Positions 1 through 10,152 of a stretch of 64,000 nt of DNA are shown in pieces. A program made the position numbers and the translations under genes. Within the stretch, counting starts at the first letter, position 1; each line of letters opens with the position of its first letter. Origin of the DNA: Escherichia coli (GTDB taxonomy: Bacteria > Pseudomonadota > Gammaproteobacteria > Enterobacterales > Enterobacteriaceae). Below the pieces are notes generated by a model. That model saw only the letters and a list, made by a program, of their open reading frames with translations, was not told the DNA's origin and did no database searches. The stretch lies in the NCBI RefSeq assembly GCF_013122565.1, contig NZ_CP053258.1. One strand, written 5' to 3'.

Positions 1-91
1 GAAATATCCAGCGGATCAAGAAAATTCGTTGGATATTTTTTTCGCATGGATAAAATTATCGCCTCTAAAGTATGTAATAACAGGGAATGTG

Positions 92-1123
92 ATGAAAAAA
101 GTTTTATTACAAAACCATCCAGGGAGTGAAAAGTATTCTTTTAACGGCTGGGAAATATTTAATATTAATTTAGACCAGGTGATTAAAGAAAATAAACCTA
201 TGCTGCTTTGTAAGTGGGGGTTTTATATAACCTGTACTTTCGCTGCACTGTTAGTTTGTGCAGGCCTTACAGCAAATGGTTTAAGTGATAAAGGCAAAGT
301 GACCGCTGGCTATGCTTTTCTTTATCTTTTAATTATGGCGGCTTTGGTTATTCGAGCTGGCTTCAGGGCAAAAAAAGAACAGTTACACTATTATAAGGCA
401 AAGGGTATTGAGCCGCTGAGTGAAGAAAAGTTGCAGGCATTGCGGCTGATTGCACCCAATCGCTTCTATAACCAACAGTGGTCTGAATCGCTTGAATTTT
501 GGCCACGGAAGCCTGCATTGGGAACGGATACTTTTCGCTATCATGTTTTACGTTTTGAGTCTGTCGGAGTGACTCGCCAGCGTCGCAAGTCTTTGGATGA
601 CAGCTGGGGGATAGTCGATAGCCAAAGTTATATCGCTTTAATGGAATATTTTCTTTCAGGTGAGCATGGCTCAAATGCATTTAAAGAACACATGGAAGAA
701 AATCCGCAAGAAGTGATTGCGATGTTAAGTAAAGTTAAGGATTTTCCTGAGGATTATCTTTATGACTGTACCATCCGTCGAATTGATAAGTCATCTCCAC
801 GCTTGATATGGGCTGCCGAGATAGCATGGATAATAGGCTTAACCTGCTCGACATACCAGAATGGAACGATTGAGGAAGATCTGGCCTGGCACTATATTTT
901 GGCTGCCTCGAAAAAAGCCTATGAACTCTTTGAGAGCGAAGAAGAGTTCCATCGAAACAGTTTGATGGGGTCATGGTACTGGCATGCTTTCTGCTATCGA
1001 ATGAAACTCATGGACGCTGAGCTGGAAGAAGGTCATCTCTACGACGTGGAAATTCTGGAACATTACCGAAAGAAGTGTCGTTGGCCCATTAAAAACCTTC
1101 CCTGGGGCACATCCTCAAACTGA
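92..1123 (+). CDS. ynjI: Inner membrane protein YnjI (start uncertain; longest ORF begins at 29, ATG at 92 preferred)
   Basis: ORF 29..1123 with hydrophobic segments; position convergent with gdhA as in E. coli; ATG at 92 follows an AGGGA Shine-Dalgarno-like motif. Confidence 0.7.
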   Translation: MKKVLLQNHPGSEKYSFNGWEIFNINLDQVIKENKPMLLCKWGFYITCTFAALLVCAGLTANGLSDKGKVTAGYAFLYLLIMAALVIRAGFRAKKEQLHYYKAKGIEPLSEEKLQALRLIAPNRFYNQQWSESLEFWPRKPALGTDTFRYHVLRFESVGVTRQRRKSLDDSWGIVDSQSYIALMEYFLSGEHGSNAFKEHMEENPQEVIAMLSKVKDFPEDYLYDCTIRRIDKSSPRLIWAAEIAWIIGLTCSTYQNGTIEEDLAWHYILAASKKAYELFESEEEFHRNSLMGSWYWHAFCYRMKLMDAELEEGHLYDVEILEHYRKKCRWPIKNLPWGTSSN

Positions 1124-1130
1124 CCTCTTT

Positions 1131-1223
1131 GCCGGGGGCGCTGCGCTTGCCCGGCCTACATTAGAGCGTAACTGCAATGAATCGTGCCCATTTGTAGGCT
1201 GATAAGCGTAGCGCCATCAGGCA
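1131..1223. repeat. Pair of REP (repetitive extragenic palindromic) units between convergent ynjI and gdhA
   Basis: GC-rich imperfect palindromes gccgggggcgctgcgcttgcccggcctaca and gtaggctgataagcgtagcgccatcaggc, typical REP sequences. Confidence 0.6.
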
Positions 1224-1231
1224 TTTACAAC

Positions 1232-2575
1232 TTAAATCACACCCTGCGCCAGCATCGCATCGGCAACCTTCACAAAACCGGCAATGTTCGCGCCCTGCAC
1301 GTAGTTGGTTTGCTCACCTTCACCACCATGCTCAACACAGGCATGGTGGATATCCAGCATGATGTGATGCAAACGTGCGTCAACTTTCTCGGCTTTCCAG
1401 CCCAGGCGCGCAGCGTTTTGCGCCATTTCAAGGCCTGACGTTGCTACACCGCCAGCATTAGCCGCTTTACCCGGTGCAAACAGTACGCCTGCCTGCTGGA
1501 ACAGTTCAGTCGCTTCGATGGTGGTCGGCATATTTGCCCCTTCGGCGACGGCTTTAACGCCATTGGCGATAAGCTGATGCGCGGCGTCAACATCCAGTTC
1601 GTTCTGGGTGGCGCAAGGCAGGGCGATATCAACCGGTACAGACCACGGCTGTTGGCCTTCGAGATAGACCAGACCAAATTCTTTGGCGTAATCTGCCACT
1701 CGACCATCGCGGCTGGCTTTGATTTCGATAAGACGTGCCAGTTTCTCTTTCGTGAATCCGCTTTCATCAACTACAGTGCCGCTGGAGTCTGACGCAGTGA
1801 TCACACGAGCACCAAATTCCATCGCTTTTTCGATAGCGTACTGGGCGACGTTGCCGGAGCCAGAAACGGAAACGCGCATCCCTTCAAAACCCATACCGTG
1901 GCGTTTTAGCATTGCTTCTGTGAAATAAACCAGACCGTAGCCGGTAGCTTCCGGGCGAATAAGACTACCGCCAAATGAAAGGCCCTTACCGGTGAAGACG
2001 CAGGCGGTATTGTTGGAGAGCTTTTTCATCATCCCCGCCATAAAGCCGACTTCACGACCACCAACCCCGATATCACCTGCCGGAACGTCGGTATCCGCGC
2101 CCAGGTGACGATACAGTTCAGTCATCAGCGCCTGGCAAAAACGCATCACTTCACCTTCACTTTTTCCTTTCGGATCGAAATCGCTGCCGCCTTTACCACC
2201 GCCCATCGGCAGAGTAGTCAGGGCATTTTTGAAGGTTTGTTCGAAGCCGAGGAATTTAAGAATGGAGAGGTTAACTGACGGATGGAAGCGCATACCGCCT
2301 TTGTACGGGCCGATGGCAGAGCTGAACTGCACACGCCATGCACGGTTGACCTGTACCTGATTGCGATCATCAACCCATACCACGCGAAACTGGATCACGC
2401 GCTCCGGTTCAACCAGACGCTCCAGTAATGACATCTGGCGATATTTTGGATTTTGTTCAAGAAAAGGCCAGAGTGTGGTCATTACTTCACGAACGGCTTG
2501 CGCGAACTCGGTTTGATTCGGGTCGCGCTTTTGGACATGGTTGAGGAATGACTCCAGAGAATATGTCTGATCCAT
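1232..2575 (-). CDS. gdhA: NADP-specific glutamate dehydrogenase
   Basis: 447-aa ORF; Glu/Leu/Phe/Val dehydrogenase active-site region GGGKGG and C-terminal Rossmann GSGNVAQY; matches E. coli GdhA. Confidence 0.97.
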   Translation of the reverse strand: MDQTYSLESFLNHVQKRDPNQTEFAQAVREVMTTLWPFLEQNPKYRQMSLLERLVEPERVIQFRVVWVDDRNQVQVNRAWRVQFSSAIGPYKGGMRFHPSVNLSILKFLGFEQTFKNALTTLPMGGGKGGSDFDPKGKSEGEVMRFCQALMTELYRHLGADTDVPAGDIGVGGREVGFMAGMMKKLSNNTACVFTGKGLSFGGSLIRPEATGYGLVYFTEAMLKRHGMGFEGMRVSVSGSGNVAQYAIEKAMEFGARVITASDSSGTVVDESGFTKEKLARLIEIKASRDGRVADYAKEFGLVYLEGQQPWSVPVDIALPCATQNELDVDAAHQLIANGVKAVAEGANMPTTIEATELFQQAGVLFAPGKAANAGGVATSGLEMAQNAARLGWKAEKVDARLHHIMLDIHHACVEHGGEGEQTNYVQGANIAGFVKVADAMLAQGVI

Positions 2576-2810
2576 AGATATAAAACCCTTATATATTAAT
2601 ACGATTGTGCTTATGTTGTTTATGTCATGTGCTTTTGCAGTTTTCGACTATACCATCAAGAATGTGACGGTAAGCAAGAAAAAAATGACCCAGGAAAGCA
2701 AATTAATAACGAGAGTAATCTCATAACCAAATGCGATAACTCAGACGCTAAAGTTTTGCCGCCCGGCTACCGTTATCAGTAGCAGAGACAATAACGTTAA
2801 GGAGTTCCCT

Positions 2811-3083
2811 GTGAGTCGAGCATTGTTCGCCGTAGTATTAGCATTTCCATTTATTGCACTGGCTAACCCGCATTATCGTCCGGACGTGGAGGTTAACGTA
2901 CCGCCAGAAGTGTTCAGTTCAGGCGGGCAGTCAGCGCAGCCCTGTACTCAGTGCTGCGTTTATCAGGATAAAAATTATTCTGAAGGAGCGGTAATTAAAG
3001 CCGAGGGAATACTGCTGCAATGCCAGCGTGATGACAAAACCCTTAGCACTAATCCGCTGGTCTGGCGGCGCGTAAAGCCATAA
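2811..3083 (+). CDS. ynjH: Small secreted protein YnjH (DUF1496 family)
   Basis: 90-aa ORF with N-terminal signal-peptide-like segment; conserved position between gdhA and nudG. Confidence 0.75.
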   Translation: MSRALFAVVLAFPFIALANPHYRPDVEVNVPPEVFSSGGQSAQPCTQCCVYQDKNYSEGAVIKAEGILLQCQRDDKTLSTNPLVWRRVKP

Positions 3084-3456
3084 ATGCCTCTAATAGTGGA
3101 ATGTCAGCAGGGGCCAGCGGATATTGCAGCGCCTCTTCAGGTGAGCACCAGACCAGCGCCTGATGTTCATGTGCCTGTAACGTCCCGTGGAAGTCGGGTA
3201 CGTGCCAGGCATGAAGATGGATAATCCGCCCCGAAACTTCTCGCTGATGGCTGGCAACATACTCACCCACAGTTGCTTCGATGCCCAGTTCTTCGTTTAA
3301 CTCACGCACCAGCGCCTGCTGCTGGCTTTCATCCAGCTCGACTTTACCACCGGCAAACTCCCATAATCCCGCCTGATCGCTCTGGGCGGATCGTTGCGCG
3401 AGTAAAATTTTGCCATCACGTTCAATGATGGCGGCAACAACTTCAATCATTTTCAT
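3049..3456 (-). CDS. nudG: Nudix hydrolase, CTP / 5-methyl-dCTP pyrophosphohydrolase
   Basis: 135-aa ORF with Nudix box GGKVELDESQQQALVRELNEELGI. Confidence 0.9.
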   Translation of the reverse strand: MKMIEVVAAIIERDGKILLAQRSAQSDQAGLWEFAGGKVELDESQQQALVRELNEELGIEATVGEYVASHQREVSGRIIHLHAWHVPDFHGTLQAHEHQALVWCSPEEALQYPLAPADIPLLEAFMALRAARPAD

Positions 3457-3542
3457 AAATTACACACGGGCAGATAAGCGAAAAATGCCATAATATCCGC
3501 ACTGTTGCTCAATCAGAAAGGCTTTATATTTAAGGAGTGCCT

Positions 3543-4163
3543 GTGCTAGACCGCCATCTTCATCCCCGGATTAAACCGTTGTTGCATCAGTGCGTGCGGG
3601 TTCTTGATAAACCGGGCATTACGCCAGATGGTTTAACATTAGTGGGATTTGCCATCGGCGTGCTGGCTCTGCCGTTTCTGGCTCTGGGCTGGTATCTGGC
3701 GGCGCTAGTCGTCATTTTGTTGAATCGTCTGCTTGATGGTCTGGATGGCGCACTGGCGCGGCGCAGAGGGCTTACCGACGCGGGCGGCTTTCTCGATATT
3801 TCTCTCGATTTTCTCTTTTACGCGCTGGTGCCGTTTGGTTTTATTCTTGCTGCACCGGAGCAAAATGCGCTGGCAGGCGGCTGGCTGCTGTTTGCGTTTA
3901 TCGGCACGGGCAGCAGTTTTCTCGCTTTTGCTGCGCTGGCGGCGAAACATCAGATTGATAATCCCGGTTATGCGCATAAATCGTTTTATTATCTGGGCGG
4001 GTTAACCGAAGGCAGCGAGACGATTTTGCTATTTGTTCTGAGTTGCCTCTTTCCGACGTGTTTTCCGTGGTTTGCATGGGTATTTGGTGCGTTGTGCTGG
4101 ATGACGACCTTTACGCGGGTGTGGAGTGGGTATCTGACGCTGAAGTCGCTCCAGCGTCAGTAA
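3543..4163 (+). CDS. ynjF: CDP-alcohol phosphatidyltransferase family inner membrane protein
   Basis: ORF with motif LDGLDGALARRRGLTDAGGFLDISLD (D-G-x2-A-R...G-x3-D-x3-D) and multiple TM segments; GTG start inferred. Confidence 0.85.
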   Translation: MLDRHLHPRIKPLLHQCVRVLDKPGITPDGLTLVGFAIGVLALPFLALGWYLAALVVILLNRLLDGLDGALARRRGLTDAGGFLDISLDFLFYALVPFGFILAAPEQNALAGGWLLFAFIGTGSSFLAFAALAAKHQIDNPGYAHKSFYYLGGLTEGSETILLFVLSCLFPTCFPWFAWVFGALCWMTTFTRVWSGYLTLKSLQRQ

Positions 4164-4171
4164 TTGCAATG

Positions 4172-5479
4172 TTATTTGCTGCTGTCCGGGCCGCGTTCAC
4201 CGGTTGCAACCGGATTTTTTGGATCGCTGCTCCATTCGTACCAGCCGCCGTCGTAAACGGAGACGTTATTCCAGCCCATTGCTCGTGCGTACATAAAGGT
4301 TTCGGACGCGCGCCAGCCGGTGCCGCAGTAGAATGAAACTTGCTGATCTGGTTTGATATTCCATGCTTTCCACATAGCCGTAATATCATCGGCGCTGCGC
4401 ATGGTGCCATCCGGGTTATGGAAATCTTCCATATGCGTCGAGTCGCTACCAGCGTGTCCCCAACGTGCTCCGGCTATTTCACCTTTTGGTTTAATATAGC
4501 TGTAACCGCTGGTCGTACCGATAAATTCTGGCCACGAACGAATGCTCACCAGCGATGAATCCTGGCGATGCAGCAGTCCACGCGCCTGTTCCATATCAAG
4601 CATCAGTTGCGGTTGTGCCGGGATCTTCACGCCGAAATCCGGTTCCGCTTTCACTTTCGGTGGCGTTCCTCGCTCAACAGGCAGTCCCGCGTCGGACCAG
4701 GTTTGCCAGCCGCCATCCAGCAGGCGCACATCTTTCACGCCGGCATAAAGCATAATCTGCGCCACACGCGCTGCAGCGTATACGTCACGCCCATACAGAA
4801 TGACCGTGGTGTCATGGCGAATGCCGTGTTTTGCCAGCATCGCTTTTAGTTGTGCATCAGAAACTTTGTTCCACAGCGGTTCGCTTTCCACTTCGTTGGT
4901 ATCGATGTAGTCAGCACCGGGAATATGGCTGATAAGGTAAAGCTTAGGAGCGCCCCAGGCCGCTTCAATGACTTTCCAGTCACCGGCAGGTTTCGCCGTA
5001 ACCTCTTTACCTTGTTGCAGGTCGTGCAGCCATTGCGGATAAACCAGCTGCTCAAAGTGCGGCAGTTTTTGTAGACGGGAAGGTTCGCTTAGCGCGTCAC
5101 TCAGAATGGAGATATGCGTAAAACCTGCTTTTTGCAGTCGCGTTTTGACGGCGTCGACATCTTTGTCATTACCGTACAGCGCCACCGGGGCATCGGCTTT
5201 CAGGTTATGTTGCTTGATCCACGCGTTGAGCTGTTCGGTGCTCATTTTGTCAAGCCAGCTAGCAGAGAGGTTTAAGGCGGCAGGTTCATGACCAGAAGGG
5301 CCATTTAAGGTTTGTGGCCAGCCGTTATAAAACGCGCTGGGGCGAGTATCTATCGCTTTGCCATTTTGTTGTTGAAGCTGGTCAAGTGTAAGAGGCTTCG
5401 CCAGTTCAGCGGCCCACGAAGAAGCGCAAGCCAGCCCTAAAGCCATTGCCAGCGCGGTCATTTGAGAAACACGTTTCAT
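4172..5479 (-). CDS. ynjE: Periplasmic multi-rhodanese-domain sulfurtransferase
   Basis: Signal peptide MKRVSQMTALAMALGLACASSWAAE; rhodanese active-site loop FYCGTGWRASE near C-terminus. Confidence 0.9.
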   Translation of the reverse strand: MKRVSQMTALAMALGLACASSWAAELAKPLTLDQLQQQNGKAIDTRPSAFYNGWPQTLNGPSGHEPAALNLSASWLDKMSTEQLNAWIKQHNLKADAPVALYGNDKDVDAVKTRLQKAGFTHISILSDALSEPSRLQKLPHFEQLVYPQWLHDLQQGKEVTAKPAGDWKVIEAAWGAPKLYLISHIPGADYIDTNEVESEPLWNKVSDAQLKAMLAKHGIRHDTTVILYGRDVYAAARVAQIMLYAGVKDVRLLDGGWQTWSDAGLPVERGTPPKVKAEPDFGVKIPAQPQLMLDMEQARGLLHRQDSSLVSIRSWPEFIGTTSGYSYIKPKGEIAGARWGHAGSDSTHMEDFHNPDGTMRSADDITAMWKAWNIKPDQQVSFYCGTGWRASETFMYARAMGWNNVSVYDGGWYEWSSDPKNPVATGERGPDSSK

Positions 5480-5545
5480 CGAAAATCCCGACATTGTAGT
5501 TTTGAGTGCGCCATTCTGAACTGACGCATTGAGAAAAACTTTGCG

Positions 5546-6199
5546 TTATCGCAGTTTGTTGTAATTTTCTGACCACTGCGCCATATCCAGAACAGAACTA
5601 TCAGCAGGAACATCCTGGAGATCGTGCGTTACCTGAACGACGGGGATCGCCAGGGCGCGAACTTCGCTGAACACCCACTGGCGAAAATTATCGCGCAGAG
5701 CCACATCAAGACGGCTGAATGGCTCATCCAGGAGTAACGCTTTTGGCTGGGCGAGAAGGGCGCGTAGTAGAGCAACGCGCGCTCGCTGACCGCCAGACAA
5801 AGTGGCAGGATCCTGATGGAAAGCTCCGTCAAGGCCTGAACGCTCAAGTGCATCATTCACGGCATTACGTCGGGCATTCCCTTTAAGTGTCGCCGGTAGC
5901 GCCAGCAGTAAATTTTGCCCGACGCTGAACTGGTCAAATAACAGTGCATCCTGGAAAAGAATGCCAATCTGACGCTGTGCGGTGGGTAGCATGTCAATCC
6001 GTTGCTCATTGAGCCATAGCTCACCTGTACAAGAAAACTGTCCAGCCAGTGCACCAATCATCCATGAAAACAGAGTGGATTTTCCACAGCCAGACGGCCC
6101 CATTAACGTGACGATGTCACCTTTATCAACTGTAAAGTTAACGTTTGTCAGCAAGCGGCTTTCTGGTAAACGTAGCGAAACATTTTTCACGCAGAGCAT
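5546..6199 (-). CDS. ynjD: ABC transporter ATP-binding protein
   Basis: Walker A GPSGCGKST, ABC signature LSGGQRARV, Walker B LLLDEPFSRLD; start ATG overlaps ynjC stop (TAATG). Confidence 0.9.
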   Translation of the reverse strand: MLCVKNVSLRLPESRLLTNVNFTVDKGDIVTLMGPSGCGKSTLFSWMIGALAGQFSCTGELWLNEQRIDMLPTAQRQIGILFQDALLFDQFSVGQNLLLALPATLKGNARRNAVNDALERSGLDGAFHQDPATLSGGQRARVALLRALLAQPKALLLDEPFSRLDVALRDNFRQWVFSEVRALAIPVVQVTHDLQDVPADSSVLDMAQWSENYNKLR

Positions 6200-7734
6200 T
6201 AGCGGAGTCCTTGTCTGACATAACCTACCCATTTTGCGACTAACGCGGTCAGGGCAAAAATAATAAGCGGTAACAACTGTTGCCATAAAGCCTGGGCGGC
6301 GAGAATACCGTTGCTGCCGCCGCTGCTTAATGCCACCGCCTCAGTGGTGAGCGTCGGAAAACGCCCCGCGCCCAGCCACAGCGTCGGCATATACTGCGCA
6401 ATACTGACTGAAAATCCCACCGCGAAGGCAATCAGCGTAGGGCGTAGCATAAGCGGACATTTCACGTAAAAGAAGATTTTGGCCCGCGACCAGCCCAGTG
6501 TTTGCGCAATCAAAATTAACCGTGAATCAATGCGCTGCCAGGCGGGTTGCAGGATAAACAGCATCCACGGCATTACCCACAGCAGATGCCCCCAGACCAC
6601 CGCCGTCCAGCTTCCATCCAGGTTCAGCCATAGCGCCAGCGTGTACTGGCCCGCCACCAGTGGCAGAGCGGGTAATAAAATGGGCAACCATAGCCACAAC
6701 TGGCGACGCTGTGGCCCCCATTCCAGCCACAGCAGTAACAGGAGCAAAGCGATGAATGTCGCCACCAGCCCAATTGTCAGGCTGTTGATGAGCGCTTCAC
6801 TATTGATCGTCGACTGATCCGCGAGGATCGCCAGCAGAACCACACACAGCACACCGGTTAAGGGTAAAAAAATCGCCAGCGTAGTGCCTGGTAATAAAGG
6901 TGTGGCAGGCTTGCGAATGCCATCTACGCGGGGAATAGTGCGCCGCCAGCTGCGCCATAGCAGATAGCTCAGCAAAACGTAGGCGGCGAGTAACAGCATC
7001 AGCAGCAGACTGGCGAGTGCGCCTTTCGTTTGGTGATCCGCGTCGCCCTGAGTTAACCACTGCCAGCTAATTACTGCCAGCGTCGGTGGATTACCTGGCC
7101 CAAGAATAATCGCCACATCCACGACCGAAAGCGACCAGGCAACAATCGCCAGCATCGCCATTGCCAGCGCGGGCGCGATGGAGGGCAACAGCAGCCAGTT
7201 CAAACATTGCCAGCGGCTGTAGCCCAGCGAATCCAGCACAATGAGTTGCTGCAACAGCCGTTTTTCGCTCAATACTGCCGCTAAGATCCACAGCAGAAAT
7301 GCGCTTTCTTTCACTGCAAGGGTGAGGCCCAGACCGATGCCAAATCGGTCCATTGGCGGAGTGAAATACGGGAAATAGTCATAAAGCAGCCCTCCGTCAG
7401 CAAAGAGCAGAAGGGCGCTGGTGGCAAAAGCCACATGGGGAATGGCGAGCAGCCACGGCAGACGGGCACACATACGCTGCCATTTCGGCCCAGGCCACAG
7501 CGCCACAATCACCAGCAGAGCAATCAACAACGCCCCCACCGCCGCGATGGTTGTCGACACCAGCGTTGCCAGTAATGCCTGCGGTAACTGTGGATCGGCA
7601 AATAACGCCTGCCAGTGTGTCAACGACAAAGCAGGCGATATCAGCGTGAGAGCTGCCGGGATCAGCGGTGCATAAATCACCGCCACCATCGCCCACAGCA
7701 AAAAGATTAATGCGTACCGTAACGGTGTAGCCAT
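6199..7734 (-). CDS. ynjC: ABC transporter permease (fused double permease, about 12 TM segments)
   Basis: 511-aa highly hydrophobic ORF between the binding-protein and ATPase genes; start at internal ATG. Confidence 0.85.
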   Translation of the reverse strand: MATPLRYALIFLLWAMVAVIYAPLIPAALTLISPALSLTHWQALFADPQLPQALLATLVSTTIAAVGALLIALLVIVALWPGPKWQRMCARLPWLLAIPHVAFATSALLLFADGGLLYDYFPYFTPPMDRFGIGLGLTLAVKESAFLLWILAAVLSEKRLLQQLIVLDSLGYSRWQCLNWLLLPSIAPALAMAMLAIVAWSLSVVDVAIILGPGNPPTLAVISWQWLTQGDADHQTKGALASLLLMLLLAAYVLLSYLLWRSWRRTIPRVDGIRKPATPLLPGTTLAIFLPLTGVLCVVLLAILADQSTINSEALINSLTIGLVATFIALLLLLLWLEWGPQRRQLWLWLPILLPALPLVAGQYTLALWLNLDGSWTAVVWGHLLWVMPWMLFILQPAWQRIDSRLILIAQTLGWSRAKIFFYVKCPLMLRPTLIAFAVGFSVSIAQYMPTLWLGAGRFPTLTTEAVALSSGGSNGILAAQALWQQLLPLIIFALTALVAKWVGYVRQGLR

Positions 7735-8873
7735 TCTTGTTCCAGCGCATTTACCCAACCTGCGTGCGGTTCAGCCAGTACCGGCGGCAGATCTTGCGGC
7801 ATTCTTGATTGCAATGTTTCGCGCTGCCCATCAGGCAGTTTTTGCGGATCGAGAACAGAAGGATCGCCCCAGACAGCGGGATCTGCTTTACGCAATTGCG
7901 CATCGGGTGAGAGCAAGAAATTGGCAACTACCTTCGCCGCAGCACTGGCATTCGCGTTGGCAGGAATGGTGACGAAATGCACGTTGCCAATCATCCCCTC
8001 GCGAAAGCCAAAACTGTAACTGCTTGCAGGCAAATCGCCGCTGGCGATTTTTTGCTGCGCATGCGCGGGGTTAAAGGTCAGCGACAGGCGCAATGTGCCG
8101 GCTTTCAGCAGAGCATCCATCCGCGCGGGCGAAGGCGGGAAATCCTTTCCTTCGCGCCACAAATACGGATGCAGCGCATCAAGATATTGCCACAAGGGAG
8201 CAGTGACACGGGCGAAAGTCGCATCGTCCGGCGCTTCTTTTAATGCGGCGGGATCGGGCGTCAGCATAATCAGCAACTGTTCAAGAAACGCCGTGCCGGT
8301 AAAGTCCGGTGGGCGCGGATAGGTAACCGTGCCGGGATTGGCTTTAGCAAACTCCAGTAAGGCTTGCGGCGTTTGTGGTGGCTGTGGCGTAACATCGCGG
8401 CGGGCGATAAATGTCAGTTGTGCGCCCCCCCAGGGCGATTCAGCCCCTTCTGTAGGCACTGAAAAATCTTCCCGCACCGGCAGCCGTGTGTCGACATAGC
8501 GCCAGTTGGGCAGAGTCTCCGCCCAGCCCGTTTGTAATAAATTGGCCTCTTTTAAGGTGCGGAAGTTTTCGCCGTTCACCCAGAGCAGATCCACCGAGCC
8601 GCCCGTTTTACGTCCGGCTGCGGCTTCGGTCTGAATGCGCTTCACCGCGTCTGCGGCATCCGCCAGACGGACAATCTTCAGGTTTATAGCGTAATGGGTT
8701 TTAATCTCGCCGCTAACCCAGTCGAGATAGCGGTTAATTGCGGTATCGCCGCCCCAGGCGTTAAACCAGACGGTTTGCCCTTTGGCCTCATTTTTAATTT
8801 CCTGCCAGTCACTGGCATGTGTTGCCAGAGAAAACAGCGATAACAATCCCAGCAACCACCCACAATGGCGCAT
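7707..8873 (-). CDS. ynjB: ABC transporter periplasmic substrate-binding protein (thiamine/iron-binding-protein-like family)
   Basis: N-terminal signal peptide MRHCGWLLGLLSLFSLATHA; operon context with permease and ATPase. Confidence 0.85.
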   Translation of the reverse strand: MRHCGWLLGLLSLFSLATHASDWQEIKNEAKGQTVWFNAWGGDTAINRYLDWVSGEIKTHYAINLKIVRLADAADAVKRIQTEAAAGRKTGGSVDLLWVNGENFRTLKEANLLQTGWAETLPNWRYVDTRLPVREDFSVPTEGAESPWGGAQLTFIARRDVTPQPPQTPQALLEFAKANPGTVTYPRPPDFTGTAFLEQLLIMLTPDPAALKEAPDDATFARVTAPLWQYLDALHPYLWREGKDFPPSPARMDALLKAGTLRLSLTFNPAHAQQKIASGDLPASSYSFGFREGMIGNVHFVTIPANANASAAAKVVANFLLSPDAQLRKADPAVWGDPSVLDPQKLPDGQRETLQSRMPQDLPPVLAEPHAGWVNALEQEWLHRYGTH

Positions 8874-8882
8874 CATCTCTCC

Positions 8883-9431
8883 TTAAGAACGTTTTTCAGG
8901 AATACGGCACAGCCCCTGAGCGGGAATGTCCATGGCAGAATTAAAACGGGCTGACAGATTTTGCAGGCCGATCAATGCCGTCAGTTCGGTGAGCGCCTGA
9001 GCGTCAAAATGCGCAGCCAGTCGGGTGCGCAGGGCATCATCGACCGTAGGCGGTGTGACGCTTGCGGCTTCGGCGTACTCCAGCGCCAGCCGTTCTTCAT
9101 CGCTGAAGAGCGGGCTTTGCCGCCAGTCAGCCACTGCCAGCAGTTTATCGCTGCTGCCGGTGCGCTCGGCGACTTTCATACTGGTGATATCCACACAAAA
9201 CTCACACAGGCACATTTGCGCAATGCGCGCGCTGACAAGCGATCGTACTACCGGATCGAGCGGTGAGCGTTTGCGCTCCAGCCAGCCAACAAACATCGAC
9301 ACCAGATAAAAGATAAACGGGATCCGCCCCCACCAGCGAATGGGGCTTAGCACCTCGCCGTAATGGCGACGATGCAGCCACGCCTGCGGACGTAAAATGA
9401 AAGGAATTTTGCTAAGCGGCGGTAAACCCAT
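8883..9431 (-). CDS. ynjA: Carboxymuconolactone decarboxylase / AhpD-like family protein
   Basis: 182-aa ORF with Cys-rich CLCEFC segment; start overlaps ydjZ stop. Confidence 0.8.
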   Translation of the reverse strand: MGLPPLSKIPFILRPQAWLHRRHYGEVLSPIRWWGRIPFIFYLVSMFVGWLERKRSPLDPVVRSLVSARIAQMCLCEFCVDITSMKVAERTGSSDKLLAVADWRQSPLFSDEERLALEYAEAASVTPPTVDDALRTRLAAHFDAQALTELTALIGLQNLSARFNSAMDIPAQGLCRIPEKRS

Positions 9432-10138
9432 CAGGCATTCCTCTTCTGGCGCTCAAGCCATATTTTCTTCGCCATAAAAATCACCACGGTCAGGGCAAAC
9501 AGAATAAACAGTCCGGTGACAAACCAGAAGGTACCGCCTGTTAACATGCTGCCCGCCCAGGAATAAACAATAGTCGCCGGTAACTGACCAAGCCCGGTGG
9601 CGATAAAAAACGAGCGAAAACGGATTGAAGTCAGACCGGCAGCATAGCTGATTGGATCGAAAGGGACAAAAGGCAATAACCGACAGACCAGGATGGTGTG
9701 TTTGCCGTAGCGAGTGAAAAAGCCGTCCATACTGTCAAGTACTGTTTTGCCGGTTAATTTTTCCACCACTTCGCGGCCCATCACTCTGGCGATAAAAAAG
9801 CACAGTGCCGCGCCGGCCATCGAACTGGTCCACGACAGCAAGCCGCCCCAGAACGCGCCAAATAGCGACGCATTGGCAAAGGTGATCAAAAACGCAGGTA
9901 GCGGTGCAGCAATGGCCTGTAAAATCATCAACAAGAACGAGACAACTGCCGCCAGTGCGCCGTAAGACTGAATAAAGCGTTCTATACCCTGTTGGTCCAC
10001 GGCGGCAAACGCCGCAACGCTGCGATTGATAAACTCATGGACGCCGGGAAGCAGCGCCCATGCCAGCAGCATAGCGAACAACAGGATGATGAGGGTTATA
10101 CGGTAGTACCAGATTTTACGCGATTGCATATTCATCAT
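9431..10138 (-). CDS. ydjZ: DedA / SNARE-associated (TVP38-TMEM64) family inner membrane protein
   Basis: 235-aa polytopic membrane ORF; paralogous in architecture to ydjX two genes upstream. Confidence 0.85.
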   Translation of the reverse strand: MMNMQSRKIWYYRITLIILLFAMLLAWALLPGVHEFINRSVAAFAAVDQQGIERFIQSYGALAAVVSFLLMILQAIAAPLPAFLITFANASLFGAFWGGLLSWTSSMAGAALCFFIARVMGREVVEKLTGKTVLDSMDGFFTRYGKHTILVCRLLPFVPFDPISYAAGLTSIRFRSFFIATGLGQLPATIVYSWAGSMLTGGTFWFVTGLFILFALTVVIFMAKKIWLERQKRNA

Positions 10139-10152
10139 CCTTTATCCTGGCT

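Noticed and set aside
3705..4005. Overlapping 90-aa ORFs on both strands inside ynjF, and similar ORFs inside ynjE (4340..5291)
   Set aside because: Embedded in genes with clear family motifs; they are low-complexity or Arg-rich translations typical of out-of-frame reading of GC-rich DNA.
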